Shown: piece after piece, positions 50,294 through 60,023 of the stretch
Position numbering within the stretch: position 1 is the stretch's first letter
Layout of the letters: each line of letters begins with the position of its first letter
Assembly (NCBI GenBank): GCA_041548485.1
Contig: JBFESP010000002.1
Location: 10,632-74,631 of the forward strand
Origin: Thermoplasmata archaeon
GTDB lineage: Archaea; Thermoplasmatota; Thermoplasmata; UBA10834
Direction: 5' to 3'
DNA: 64,000 nucleotides
Translations under genes and position numbers: made by a program
The notes under the pieces: generated by a model
The model's input: the letters and a program-made list of their open reading frames with translations, nothing else
Database searches by the model: none
What the model was told of the DNA's origin: nothing

Positions 50294-51538
50294 ATGAGAG
50301 TCGAGGTGCCCTACGGAGAGGGAACGGAGATAGTGGAGGTCCCAGATGCCAACATGGGAGAGGTCGCCTACCCGAACGAGTTGCCTGAGGCCGACGAGAT
50401 GGAGCTGTTGCAGGAGGCCGTTGACAACCCAATTGATTCTGCGAGCCTCGACGAGTTCCTCCAGGGAGCGAGCAACGTGCTGGTAATCGTCAACGACGCG
50501 ACACGCCCTACTCCCACCGCGAAGATTCTTGACCTGATCGGGTCGACCCTGGATGGTGTAGGGGCGGAATACGTCGTGGCAACTGGCATGCATAGACCTC
50601 CGACAGAGGAGGAATTCAGGTTCGTGTTCGGCCCCCGATATGACTCGATCAAGGAGAGGGTACACTCGCATGATTCCAAGAACAGCGAGTTGGTGCACTT
50701 CGGAACCACTACAAGAGGAACAGATGTGCGGATGAACAAACTCGTCCAGGAGGCTGACCGTATAGTGGTCATTGGGAGCGTCGAACCCCATTACTTCGCG
50801 GGATACACGGGAGGCAGGAAAGCCTTCCTGCCTGGCGTCGCAGCCTACGGAACCATAGAGCAGAACCACAAGTTGGCACTAACCCGTGAAGCCCAGGCAC
50901 TCAACCTGAAGGGTAATCCGGTCCACGAGGATATGCTCGAGGCGATGTCGTTCCTCAACGGGAAGGAGATATTCTCCATCATGGCGGTGTTGGACAAGGA
51001 GCACAAGGTGTGCTCCGCTTACGCGGGAGATATTGACTCGACTTTCGAGGTCGCTGTGAGGAAGGCCGACGAGGTCTTCGTCGTCAAGATGAAGAAGACG
51101 GACATTGTCGTTGCGGTCACTTCGTTCCCTCACGATATTGACCTATACCAGTCCCAGAAGGCCCTTGATAACGCGAAGCACTCCGTCAGAGACGGCGGAA
51201 TTCTAATTCTAGTGAGCGCCTGCAGAACCGGCGTCGGAGCTGACACTTTCCTGAAACTCCTGGCAAGCGCGACGACGCCGAACGAAGCTCTTGAGAAGAT
51301 ATCCCGAGAGTTCAAGCTCGGCTATCACAAAGCAGCAAAGATGGCCGAGATAGGTCTCAGAATGAGGATGTTCGCAGTCACCGGACTCGAGCCGGAGATT
51401 GCCGAGAAGGCTCACATGGTTCCAATGCCCTCCCTCCAAGAGGCTGTGGACAGAGCCCTGGCGGAGCTTGGGTCTGAGTCAAAGGTGACCTTTATAATGG
51501 ACGCTGTGATTACTGTCCCGAAAGTCGAGTCAGACTGA
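50294..51538 (+). CDS. larA: Nickel-pincer-dependent lactate racemase family protein
   Basis: NDATRPTPT, ATGMHR, EPHYFAGYTGGRK and DLYQSQKA motifs. Confidence 0.88.
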   Translation: MRVEVPYGEGTEIVEVPDANMGEVAYPNELPEADEMELLQEAVDNPIDSASLDEFLQGASNVLVIVNDATRPTPTAKILDLIGSTLDGVGAEYVVATGMHRPPTEEEFRFVFGPRYDSIKERVHSHDSKNSELVHFGTTTRGTDVRMNKLVQEADRIVVIGSVEPHYFAGYTGGRKAFLPGVAAYGTIEQNHKLALTREAQALNLKGNPVHEDMLEAMSFLNGKEIFSIMAVLDKEHKVCSAYAGDIDSTFEVAVRKADEVFVVKMKKTDIVVAVTSFPHDIDLYQSQKALDNAKHSVRDGGILILVSACRTGVGADTFLKLLASATTPNEALEKISREFKLGYHKAAKMAEIGLRMRMFAVTGLEPEIAEKAHMVPMPSLQEAVDRALAELGSESKVTFIMDAVITVPKVESD

Positions 51539-51582
51539 TGATTCGTTGACCATACATCGCGTCGAAGGGCAAGGAGGGTACT

Positions 51583-52680
51583 GTGGTGGAAGCAGAAAGA
51601 GCGAAGAGGTTCGAGATGGAGATGCTCACATGCACCTTCTGCGGATTCTGCAAGAGCGTCTGTCCCTACTTCGAGGACAACCAATGGGAACCGGCCGTTG
51701 CTAGAGGCAAGGTCATTCTTGCCTACGGCCTAGTAGGAGGAGACCTTGAGCCGGATGATTCCGTCGTGAAGCGAATCTACCAGTGCACGACCTGCAAGGA
51801 CTGTGAACGAAGGTGCCCCTCCAACATCAAAGTGATTGAAATCGTCAAGGCCGCCAGGGGCGATCTCGTCAAGGCAGGTCATATGCTTCCTGCGCACTCG
51901 AAGATCGTGAAGAACATCGAGAAGACGAAAAACCCGTACGGAGAGACGAAGAAGGCGGATTTCGGCGTTCCTTCGAAGGAGGCGGAGATCGGTTACTTCA
52001 TCGGATGCACAGCGCGCTATCGAACCACAGAGATCGCAGAACATTCCATTTCGATTCTGAAGAAGCTCGGCATTGACTTCACGCTCATCGACGAGGTGTG
52101 TTGTGGAAGCACGCTCCATAGAATCGGGCTGCCTCAGGAGGATATCGAGGGGATGATGAATGCGAACCTTGAGGAAGTTAAAAGACTCGGCATCAAGAAG
52201 CTCCTCTTCACGTGCGCAGGCTGCCTGCACATGTTCAAGGAGGAATACACGAAACACACTTCCTATGGGTTCGAGGTCGAGCACATGACCCAATTCCTCG
52301 CGAGGCATGACCTCAAACTGAAGCCACTCAGGAAGAAGATCACGTATCATGACCCGTGCCACATCGGCAGACACATGAAGATCTATGACGAACCCCGCAC
52401 ACTCCTCAGAATGATACCGGAAGCAGAGTATGTGGAGATGAGCGAGAGTAAGGAGACTTCTAGGTGTTGTGGTGGTGGTGGAGGGGTTCGCGCGGCGGAT
52501 CCCGCTGCCGCGCAGAGAATCGCTTCCAGACGTTTGGAAACGGCTTCCGAAATCGCGGATCTGCTCATCACGTCCTGTCCGTTCTGCGTGAGCACTTTGA
52601 GACAGGGGAACGAACTGACTAATGCCGACATAGAGATAATGGACATAACCGAGCTGATCGATGACCTTCTGGAAGTCTAG
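51583..52680 (+). CDS. Fe-S oxidoreductase with CCG domains (GlcF/HdrD-like)
   Basis: Two CxxCxxCxxxCP motifs, plus CCG, YHDPCH.GR, CCGGGGG and CPFC. Confidence 0.88.
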   Translation: MVEAERAKRFEMEMLTCTFCGFCKSVCPYFEDNQWEPAVARGKVILAYGLVGGDLEPDDSVVKRIYQCTTCKDCERRCPSNIKVIEIVKAARGDLVKAGHMLPAHSKIVKNIEKTKNPYGETKKADFGVPSKEAEIGYFIGCTARYRTTEIAEHSISILKKLGIDFTLIDEVCCGSTLHRIGLPQEDIEGMMNANLEEVKRLGIKKLLFTCAGCLHMFKEEYTKHTSYGFEVEHMTQFLARHDLKLKPLRKKITYHDPCHIGRHMKIYDEPRTLLRMIPEAEYVEMSESKETSRCCGGGGGVRAADPAAAQRIASRRLETASEIADLLITSCPFCVSTLRQGNELTNADIEIMDITELIDDLLEV

Positions 52681-52697
52681 ACAGGAGGTACTGTGAC

Positions 52698-53585
52698 GTG
52701 AGCACTTCTGCTTCGGCTCTAAGGGTGGGGTCGAGGACGTTCCGGTTCGGCCCCCCGGTGGTGATGGGAGTCATCAATGCCACAACTGATTCCTTCTCGG
52801 GCGACGGCCTAGGAGAGGATACGGGAAGAGCTGTGAAAACGGGATTGCGCATGTTCGCCGCTGGAGCCGTGTTCGTCGACATAGGAGGGGAGTCGACCAG
52901 GCCTGGCGCGGACACTGTACCGACTGATGAAGAGATAAGAAGGACTATCGGGATCGTGAGAGAGTTGGCCAGAAGACATCCTGGCAGAGTCTCCATCGAC
53001 ACGATGAAGGCCGAGGTGGCAAGAGAGGCACTCGAAGCTGGAGCGGCCGTGGTGAACGACGTCAATGGCCTGAGGGGGGAAGGCATGGCGGAGGTGATTG
53101 CTGAGCATGACGCATCAGTCATTATCATGCACATGCAGGGAACCCCGAGAACGATGCAGAAATCACCCAAGTACGGAGATGTCATGGCGGACATATCTGC
53201 CTTCCTTGGGGATAGGATTGCGGCCGCCGAGAAGGCGGGGATACGCGCCAACAAGATAATGATCGACCCTGGCATCGGCTTCGGGAAGAGCCTCGATCAC
53301 AACCTCGAGATACTCACGAGGCTACGAGAGCTGCGCTCGCTGGGAAAGGCAATCGCAATCGGCGTGTCCAGGAAGTCCTTCATCGGCAAGATCACCGGCA
53401 GCTCGGTCGACGACAGGCTGGGTGGATCGCTAGCTACAGCGGTTCTTGCGGCTGCGAATGGTGCCAATGTCATAAGAGCTCACGACGTCCCGGAAACGGC
53501 CCAGGCGTTGCGAGTGGCTTGGCATATCATTCGACTGGCTGATGGCGAACCGCGAAAGTATTTAATCCAGACAGCTATGGGGTGA
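52698..53585 (+). CDS. folP: Dihydropteroate synthase
   Basis: DSFSG, DIGGESTRPGA, SIDT, MHMQG, DPGIGFGK, SRKSF and RAHDV motifs. Confidence 0.93.
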   Translation: MSTSASALRVGSRTFRFGPPVVMGVINATTDSFSGDGLGEDTGRAVKTGLRMFAAGAVFVDIGGESTRPGADTVPTDEEIRRTIGIVRELARRHPGRVSIDTMKAEVAREALEAGAAVVNDVNGLRGEGMAEVIAEHDASVIIMHMQGTPRTMQKSPKYGDVMADISAFLGDRIAAAEKAGIRANKIMIDPGIGFGKSLDHNLEILTRLRELRSLGKAIAIGVSRKSFIGKITGSSVDDRLGGSLATAVLAAANGANVIRAHDVPETAQALRVAWHIIRLADGEPRKYLIQTAMG

Positions 53586-53637
53586 ATGGGCAACACCCCC
53601 AAGGTCATCTCTGCCCACGGAAGACTTAGGTGATCGT

Positions 53638-55452
53638 GTGTCTTCACCTGACAGAACTTTCACACCCGACGAACCGGCGTCAGGTTCGCGCACCACCTCG
53701 GGCTCCTCGAACGACCATGAAAGGGTGATTCTGGAAATCGCCGGAGGGCTTCAAGCTCTGAAGAGGATACTCAGATCTGAGGTCGGCTTGTTCGAGAAGG
53801 AAATCCTGTACAGAGCGGGGCTGGCCGGGGCGGGAGAATACTACGAGAAGAAACAATCGAATCTGAAACCAGGTCCTCCGGCATCCACTCTGGACGAGAT
53901 TCTTCGCGTCTACTCCGCGGAAGGTCTCGGCGATTACAGGGTTGAGAAGATCGATGAGGGAACGCGGACTGCTGAAATAACAGCGAAGAGAGGATTCGAG
54001 ACCCTGACTTTTGGCGTTTCCAGCGAACTGCGGGCCAACCCTTCATGCTCGTACACCTCAGGGTTTCTGGCAGGCATCTGTAAACAGGTCTTCGACGATG
54101 AGGAGACCGGGGCCGGCGAGATTCTCGCCCACGAAACCGAATGTGTCTGTCAGGGAAAAGAAATGTGCAGATTCGTCGTCGCGCCGGCCGGAGAGCTGGA
54201 GAGAATTGGGCACAAGGTGGAGACGGAGGAGGAATCGATATCTGAGCATACGCTCAAGCTCAACGAAGAGATACTCCTCCGAAACCTCGATCTTCAGAAC
54301 CTCGCACTTGCGCTCGAGAGGAAAGTACGGAAGCGTACGGAGGAGCTCAGGAGATCTGAGGACAACTATCGGTCCCTGATCAACCTTTCACCCGACCCGA
54401 TCCTAATCATCGCTATGGACGGCAGGATTCTGTCCGTGAACCGTTCCTGCCTGACCCTGCTTGGATACGGAGACCAGGGTGACCTCAAGGGTCGTCACAT
54501 CGATGACATCCTACCTCAGGACTCCGATGCTTTCCCTGCATTGAAATGGGCACTGGACAAGGAAGGCTCCGTTCACAACTTCCAGATGAATCTGGATACG
54601 AAATCGAACGGAATTGTGACCGTGGAGGCGTCCGCAAGGGTTGCAGAGATCGATAAGGAGGGCTGTATCCAGGCGACACTACGAGACGTGACCGAGAGAA
54701 GCAGACTTGAGAGACAGCTAGTGGAAGCCAAAGAGGAATCCGAATTCCTAAACGATTTGCTGTCCCACGACATTATCAACTACACGACCGCGGCGATGCA
54801 TTTCCTGGACAAGCTTGAGAGGGCACAGGGCCTCTCTGAATCGGAACGAAAGAACATGAGAACCGTATCGAAGGCAATCCGTGGAGCCCACGAATTGTCA
54901 TCGGTCGTAAGAGACGCCAGAAGAGTCGTGGCCCTCGGAAGCAAGGACTGTGAATCGAAGGACTTGGTGGCCGTGCTCCGCGACGCGATAGGTGATTCTA
55001 GGAGAGCCTACCCGGACCGGAGGGTGACCGTCAACTTCAGCCCGCCGACTGAACCATGCAGGGTTAGAGGCAGCCCTCTGTTGACGAGGCTCTTCTCGAA
55101 CCTGTTGACGAACGCCATCAAGTTCGACCACAACGATGAGGTCGTCGTGGACGTGGATATCACACCGGCTCATGAGGAGGAGGATGACTACTGGAGTGTC
55201 AGAGTCGCAGACCACGGGCGAGGAGTACCGGACGACGAGAAGCCGAAGATCTTTGGCAGATACTACAGGCAGGACCACTCAGTTCCTGGAGCAGGGCTGG
55301 GCCTTCATCTGGTGAGTCATCTCGTCGAGTGTTGCGGAGGGACGATACGAGTTGAGAATAGGGTCGAAGGAGACCACAGGAAGGGCACGGTCATGGTCAC
55401 GAATCTTGTGAAGGTCAGTAACGACCAGAACCAGAATGGGCGCCTACGTTGA
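53638..55452 (+). CDS. Sensor histidine kinase with V4R and PAS domains
   Basis: V4R segment (CSYTSGFLAG...ETECVCQG..CRF), PAS, H-box LSHDI, N-box NLLTNAIKF, and G boxes. Confidence 0.88.
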   Translation: MSSPDRTFTPDEPASGSRTTSGSSNDHERVILEIAGGLQALKRILRSEVGLFEKEILYRAGLAGAGEYYEKKQSNLKPGPPASTLDEILRVYSAEGLGDYRVEKIDEGTRTAEITAKRGFETLTFGVSSELRANPSCSYTSGFLAGICKQVFDDEETGAGEILAHETECVCQGKEMCRFVVAPAGELERIGHKVETEEESISEHTLKLNEEILLRNLDLQNLALALERKVRKRTEELRRSEDNYRSLINLSPDPILIIAMDGRILSVNRSCLTLLGYGDQGDLKGRHIDDILPQDSDAFPALKWALDKEGSVHNFQMNLDTKSNGIVTVEASARVAEIDKEGCIQATLRDVTERSRLERQLVEAKEESEFLNDLLSHDIINYTTAAMHFLDKLERAQGLSESERKNMRTVSKAIRGAHELSSVVRDARRVVALGSKDCESKDLVAVLRDAIGDSRRAYPDRRVTVNFSPPTEPCRVRGSPLLTRLFSNLLTNAIKFDHNDEVVVDVDITPAHEEEDDYWSVRVADHGRGVPDDEKPKIFGRYYRQDHSVPGAGLGLHLVSHLVECCGGTIRVENRVEGDHRKGTVMVTNLVKVSNDQNQNGRLR

Positions 55453-55465
55453 TACGGTTCTTGTG

Positions 55466-55541
55466 TGGTGGGCCCGTCGCGATTTGAACGCGAGTTACCA
55501 GCACCCCAAGCTGGAAGGATACCAAGCTACCCCACGGGCCC
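55466..55541 (-). tRNA. tRNA-Pro (GGG), CCA encoded
   Basis: GGGCCCG...CCAGC-TT-GGG-GT-GCTGG...TCGCGTTCAAATCGCGA CGGGCCC ACCA. Follows rpoN, as commonly seen in archaea. Confidence 0.95.
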
Positions 55542-55570
55542 GAAAAGAAGGAGAATGGCAGAGGGACGCC

Positions 55571-55759
55571 TCAGTAGGGAGCCACCTCATCAATCAGGTT
55601 TGCATGCGTCAGTATCATCCGCCTGCAGCAGTATCGCTCGAGACGCAATGCGTCGAGAACCTCCTTCGGCGACTCCCCCATATCGGTCCTCCTGACGAAC
55701 TCCTCAAACGCGCTACCTACAACCCTGCCGCAAGTGAAGCATCGAACTGGGATTATCAT
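55571..55759 (-). CDS. rpoN: RNA polymerase subunit N (Rpo10)
   Basis: [11 protein letters not shown]...RYCCRRM. Confidence 0.97.
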   Translation of the reverse strand: MIIPVRCFTCGRVVGSAFEEFVRRTDMGESPKEVLDALRLERYCCRRMILTHANLIDEVAPY

Positions 55760-55763
55760 TCTA

Positions 55764-56162
55764 TCACCTGTAGGACTTCTGACGCTTCTTCCTCGCGCCT
55801 CTTCCGAGCGGCTTCTTCGGGAGTTTCCTTCTCGGATCGGACACGAGAAGAGACCGATCGTATTTCGAATAGAGCTCCTGCAAGTCTCCGTCCCCTAGGA
55901 ACCGTACGAGCCCCTTCGCTATAGCCGTCCTGGAGGCAGCCGCCTGACCCATGAACCCGCCACCCTGTACGTTGATGTCGATATCAACCTTCGAGGCTCT
56001 GTCGCCGGCAAGCATGAGTGGTTCCTTGATCTTGACTCTCGCGAGATAGGGTTCGAAAATCTCCAATGGGACGCTATTCACGCGGACCAGCCCGCGGCCC
56101 TTTCTGACGGTTGCTCTCGCGACCGCGCTCTTCCTCTTGCCGCTGACTACGACGACCTTCAT
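55764..56162 (-). CDS. rps9: 30S ribosomal protein S9 (uS9)
   Basis: [18 protein letters not shown] and [11 protein letters not shown] motifs. Confidence 0.97.
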   Translation of the reverse strand: MKVVVVSGKRKSAVARATVRKGRGLVRVNSVPLEIFEPYLARVKIKEPLMLAGDRASKVDIDINVQGGGFMGQAAASRTAIAKGLVRFLGDGDLQELYSKYDRSLLVSDPRRKLPKKPLGRGARKKRQKSYR

Positions 56163-56166
56163 GACA

Positions 56167-56583
56167 TCACATCCTCCTGGAACCGAGTTCTCTGGAGATC
56201 TCCTCGAGATACACGTATCGGACCAGACGCGGCTTCTTAGCCACCTCCGGGCTCTCGGCCTTTATCTCACGAAGCTCCGACGGGACACCTACATACACTC
56301 TCAGCCGCTTGTATGCTTCCTTCCCAGAAGTCTTCCTATAATCCAACATGCCCCTGACAGTGCGCCTGAATATCATGTCGGCGGATCGGGGATATTTCGG
56401 GCCGCTGATGTCCTTTCCACGGGCCCGCCTCTGGGCGTAGTGCTCTAGAAGCTGTGCCTTTCTGCCGGAAATCTTGACCTTCTGCGCGTTGACAATGGTG
56501 ATCTCCTCGCCGTTGAGCAGCCGCTTGGCCACATGCGTGCAGAGTCTCCCGAGGACCTGCTCCTGCGCGTCTATGACTGCCAT
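56167..56583 (-). CDS. rpl13: 50S ribosomal protein L13 (uL13)
   Basis: IDA...LGRL...VAKRLLNG and RRTVRGML motifs. Confidence 0.96.
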   Translation of the reverse strand: MAVIDAQEQVLGRLCTHVAKRLLNGEEITIVNAQKVKISGRKAQLLEHYAQRRARGKDISGPKYPRSADMIFRRTVRGMLDYRKTSGKEAYKRLRVYVGVPSELREIKAESPEVAKKPRLVRYVYLEEISRELGSRRM

Positions 56584-56587
56584 ATGA

Positions 56588-56953
56588 TCACCCCATTATC
56601 CTCACTTTCGATCCCTTGGGGTTGCTCTTGACAAGCTCCTCCAAGGAAAGGCTTCTACCTCCGGCGCTCGCAACCTTCTCCTTCGCTTGGCCAGTGCACC
56701 GGAATGCAGCCACGGTCACCTTCTTCTTCAAATCGCCCGCGCCCAGCAACTTGCCCGGAACGACGATGACGTCGTCCTCGTTGGCGTGCCTATCTATCTT
56801 TCCCACGTTGACCTCAGCCCAGTGACTAGCGGGGCCCTCAAGTCTCAACGCGATGTCTCGCCAGATAGGCGCCTCGTTGGTCCTGCTAGCATCCTTCAGA
56901 TGCTGCACCAGGGTCAAGAGGTGGGGGTTCGTTTTCCTGCTGTTTCTTCCCAT
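56588..56953 (-). CDS. rpl18e: 50S ribosomal protein L18e (eL18)
   Basis: KTNP, APIWRD.A..L, EVNVGKI, VPGKLLG and NPKG motifs. Confidence 0.95.
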   Translation of the reverse strand: MGRNSRKTNPHLLTLVQHLKDASRTNEAPIWRDIALRLEGPASHWAEVNVGKIDRHANEDDVIVVPGKLLGAGDLKKKVTVAAFRCTGQAKEKVASAGGRSLSLEELVKSNPKGSKVRIMG

Positions 56954-57187
56954 TTCTGACTCCTCCGACATCAGAGAGCAGGCGAGTAAATGTACGTTCT
57001 ATTTATAAAGCTTTGGATATCATCGGAATGCTGGCCAGACGCGGCAGATGGGATGCTGAGGTGGGTTCCCGCAGACCTCTGCGCCCCGGTCATGGTCCGC
57101 GACAACCAGAGCTGGAGCCAAGAGAAGATATATATGGCCTATGCAATACTCGACAACTCCAGCCTACTTCGGGGGTTATTGTCAGGG

Positions 57188-58231
57188 ATGATTCGTTTTG
57201 GCTCGGCCGGAATACCACTGTCCTGCAAGGGGAGGACCCTGAGGGACGGTATAGCGGACGTACACAACCTGGGCCTGACCGCCATGGAAGGGCAGCTCGT
57301 CAGGGCGAGTGTGCAGGAGAGGTCTGCCGAATCCGAGGAGATTGGCTCTTCTCCGAGGGAACTCGCGACAGACATGGTTATCGAAATCGTTCGACGGAAG
57401 GACACGAAGGATGAGATTATATCGGACCTCGACGAGCCAATAAAGAGCGGCGACACCCTCGTCGTCCTCTCGAGCGGTATCACCAGAAGCTACTCGGAGC
57501 TGAGAGACCTGAGGATGATGGCGGAAGAACTCGACGTCCAGCTCTCGATACACACACCATACTATATGGACATCATAAGCGAGGGGGAACTCTGCTTCAA
57601 GAGCATGGACTCGATCAGATGGGCGGGACTCATAGCGAACGAGCTTGGAGCCAGGATGGTGGTGACCCATATCGGGCTCTACGGCGACGTCACCGCCAAG
57701 ACCGCTCACAAGAGAGCCAAGGAGAGACTCGCTGAGCTCGCGAAGTGGTACAAGAAGCACGGCATCAAAACACCCATCGGCCTGGAACTCAGCGGAAGGC
57801 AAGAGGTCTACGGGTCGCTGAGCGAAGTCACCAGACTCTGCAAGGACACGAAACAACTCGTTCCTGTGATCAACTTCGCCCATTACCACTCGAGGGAGGG
57901 GGGTTTGCTCAGGGAGCCCAAGGATTTCGATAAGTTGTTGGATACCGCGAAGGCTGTGTCAGATGGAGAGGTATACACCCACTTCTCCGGCGTGGAGCAC
58001 GAAGGGGGTAACGAGAAGCGGTTCACTTCAATCAAGAAGGGTGACCTCCGGTTCGAACCTCTGGCCGAGGCGCTGGTGGACAGAAACGAACCCACCACAG
58101 TCATCTCCAGCTCCCCCCTCCTGGAGCACGATGCGATGTACATGAAGGTCATATTGGAGAGGGTGCTCGCCAAGAAGGTCTCGAAGGAGATGAAGGACGA
58201 CTCAAAGAAGAGGAAAGCTGGATCGAAATGA
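57188..58231 (+). CDS. Endonuclease IV-like TIM-barrel protein (degenerate metal site)
   Basis: MIRFGSAGIP, SIHTPYY, HFSGVE and SPLLEHDA motifs of the archaeal Nfo family. Confidence 0.75.
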   Translation: MIRFGSAGIPLSCKGRTLRDGIADVHNLGLTAMEGQLVRASVQERSAESEEIGSSPRELATDMVIEIVRRKDTKDEIISDLDEPIKSGDTLVVLSSGITRSYSELRDLRMMAEELDVQLSIHTPYYMDIISEGELCFKSMDSIRWAGLIANELGARMVVTHIGLYGDVTAKTAHKRAKERLAELAKWYKKHGIKTPIGLELSGRQEVYGSLSEVTRLCKDTKQLVPVINFAHYHSREGGLLREPKDFDKLLDTAKAVSDGEVYTHFSGVEHEGGNEKRFTSIKKGDLRFEPLAEALVDRNEPTTVISSSPLLEHDAMYMKVILERVLAKKVSKEMKDDSKKRKAGSK

Positions 58232-58764
58232 AGGAGAGCACCGACTACATAATGAAGTTCATTCGAGACACCCTCGACGATGTCATCGAGGGCACTGAGA
58301 AGTTCGTGGACTTGATCATATCCTCACCGAAGATCTTCATCTACGGGGTTGGACGGTCCGGGTTGATAGCCAAGGCATTTGCCATAAGGCTCGTTCAGAT
58401 GGGGCTCGAAGTGTACTTCGTCGGGGAGACCATCACCCCAATCGTAGGGGAAGGTCACCTCGTGATCATAGTCTCGCACACCGGCGAAACCATGTCATGC
58501 ATACAGACGGCGAACATAGTCAGACGAGTCGGGGCGAAGGTCATTACCATCACGTCGAACGACCATTCGAAATTGGCGACTGCGTCGAATCTCGTGATTC
58601 AAATCAAGCCCGAGGAGGATGGGGACAGAAAGAGACTCGCGCCCCTCGGGACGCTGTTCGAAGACGCAACTCTCGTCTACCTCGACGGCATAGTGGCACA
58701 GATCATGGACAAACTCGGCCAGAGCGAGGGGTCGATGCGCAGACGTCATGCGATATGGGTATGA
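58228..58764 (+). CDS. hxlB: 6-phospho-3-hexuloisomerase-like SIS-domain protein
   Basis: GVGRSGLIAKAFA.RL, VGETITP, APLGTLFE and MRRRHA motifs. Confidence 0.85.
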   Translation: MKESTDYIMKFIRDTLDDVIEGTEKFVDLIISSPKIFIYGVGRSGLIAKAFAIRLVQMGLEVYFVGETITPIVGEGHLVIIVSHTGETMSCIQTANIVRRVGAKVITITSNDHSKLATASNLVIQIKPEEDGDRKRLAPLGTLFEDATLVYLDGIVAQIMDKLGQSEGSMRRRHAIWV

Positions 58765-58771
58765 GCCGTGG

Positions 58772-59929
58772 TCAGGAGTCCTTCGACTCATCCCCACCTG
58801 GGATGTCATCGGGACGGCGAGCCTTCCGCCTCATCCTACGTGCGATGAATATCAGAGAGACCAGAGCGACGAATCCACACACCACGACGAAGGCGATGAT
58901 ATGTTCCTGGATCCAGTCTCTTACGCTTCCGATGAATCCGGATTCATAGATTCCCAACGTCGAGCCATGAGAAACCATGGTCGTACGGTTGTCCACTGGA
59001 AGAATGGTGTGCAACACCATTCCTGCACCAGTAGTGAAGTAGGATGAGTCGACGAGAGCGGAAGTACCGGAGACCACCCCATCCATCATAGCCTCGGTCT
59101 CCCAGAAGTAGAATGCCTGGACGACACCGTCTTCCTTCGCGAACCGGGTCTTCTGCACCAAGTCCGATGTCTCCCTGAACTCATGGGAGTAGTTCTCCTC
59201 CATCTCCCTTTCGTCCACCAGGGCGGAGACCTCCGTCGTTGCCGTGCCGCCGATCGGTGAATCCTCCACCAACTGGAACATATTCGTTGAGCCGCCACCC
59301 TGGAGCATCTGCTCGAGCACGACACCATCAACATCGACATGGTCGTTCAGCCTCAATGTGAAATTCATCCTCATCTGCGTCTTGCCGTCGATGATGTAGG
59401 TTCCACCAGGGCTCTCGCAAACCACAGACTCCTCGGCAAGGAAGAACCAGAACGACAGCAATGCCCAATCAGGAACCACGAGAGTCTCGTTCTCGCCGAC
59501 GACATAGGCGTGGACGGAGGCGTTCATGCCGACAACGACATACTGGCCATACTGACTGCTGTGGCCTTGCTCGGGCGTCGAGAGGTTCCAGTCCACGTGG
59601 TTCGAATCAAGGAAGACGGTGAACTCTGCCTCCGGCGGGTCGAAAATGCCATCTCCGTCTGTGTCGTTGAACAGGTACATCCTGGGGCACCCCACCTCGA
59701 ATGTCGGGCTGAAGGGGTCGAGTTCATGCCTGAATATCACCCTGGGCCAGTCGCTAGTGATAGCCACGCTGAAATTCCCCGAGAGCAGGTTGATCTTATG
59801 TGGAAGGTCTATGCTGACGTACAGCTCGTAATCATCAGAATCGGCGCCGCTGGAGACCATGGTCGAAGTGACCAGCATGGCGAGGCCAAGCGAGGCAGCG
59901 AGAATCCTCTTCGGAGCTGCAGCAGCCAC
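58772..59929 (-). CDS. Secreted or surface protein with C-terminal TM anchor
   Basis: Signal peptide KRILAASLGLAMLV, acidic beta-rich body with an EF-hand-like DTDGDGIFD loop, C-terminal TM helix and basic tail. Start uncertain. Confidence 0.7.
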   Translation of the reverse strand: MAAAAPKRILAASLGLAMLVTSTMVSSGADSDDYELYVSIDLPHKINLLSGNFSVAITSDWPRVIFRHELDPFSPTFEVGCPRMYLFNDTDGDGIFDPPEAEFTVFLDSNHVDWNLSTPEQGHSSQYGQYVVVGMNASVHAYVVGENETLVVPDWALLSFWFFLAEESVVCESPGGTYIIDGKTQMRMNFTLRLNDHVDVDGVVLEQMLQGGGSTNMFQLVEDSPIGGTATTEVSALVDEREMEENYSHEFRETSDLVQKTRFAKEDGVVQAFYFWETEAMMDGVVSGTSALVDSSYFTTGAGMVLHTILPVDNRTTMVSHGSTLGIYESGFIGSVRDWIQEHIIAFVVVCGFVALVSLIFIARRMRRKARRPDDIPGGDESKDS

Positions 59930-60023
59930 CGTTCTTCCTCGGACGACCACAAGACGCACGTGGGGAAAAAGTTTCTCATGCAGGGGCGAAGCTGTCGACG
60001 GCCACACGAGGGGGATGATGCCT

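Noticed and set aside
1810..55541. tRNA genes as integration sites for islands or proviruses
   Set aside because: I saw no integrase and no duplicated tRNA 3' ends (att sites), and the flanking genes are mostly housekeeping.
55466..56953. Ribosomal block lacking upstream rpoD and downstream rpoK
   Set aside because: Fragmentation of this superoperon is common among archaea and is not informative on its own.
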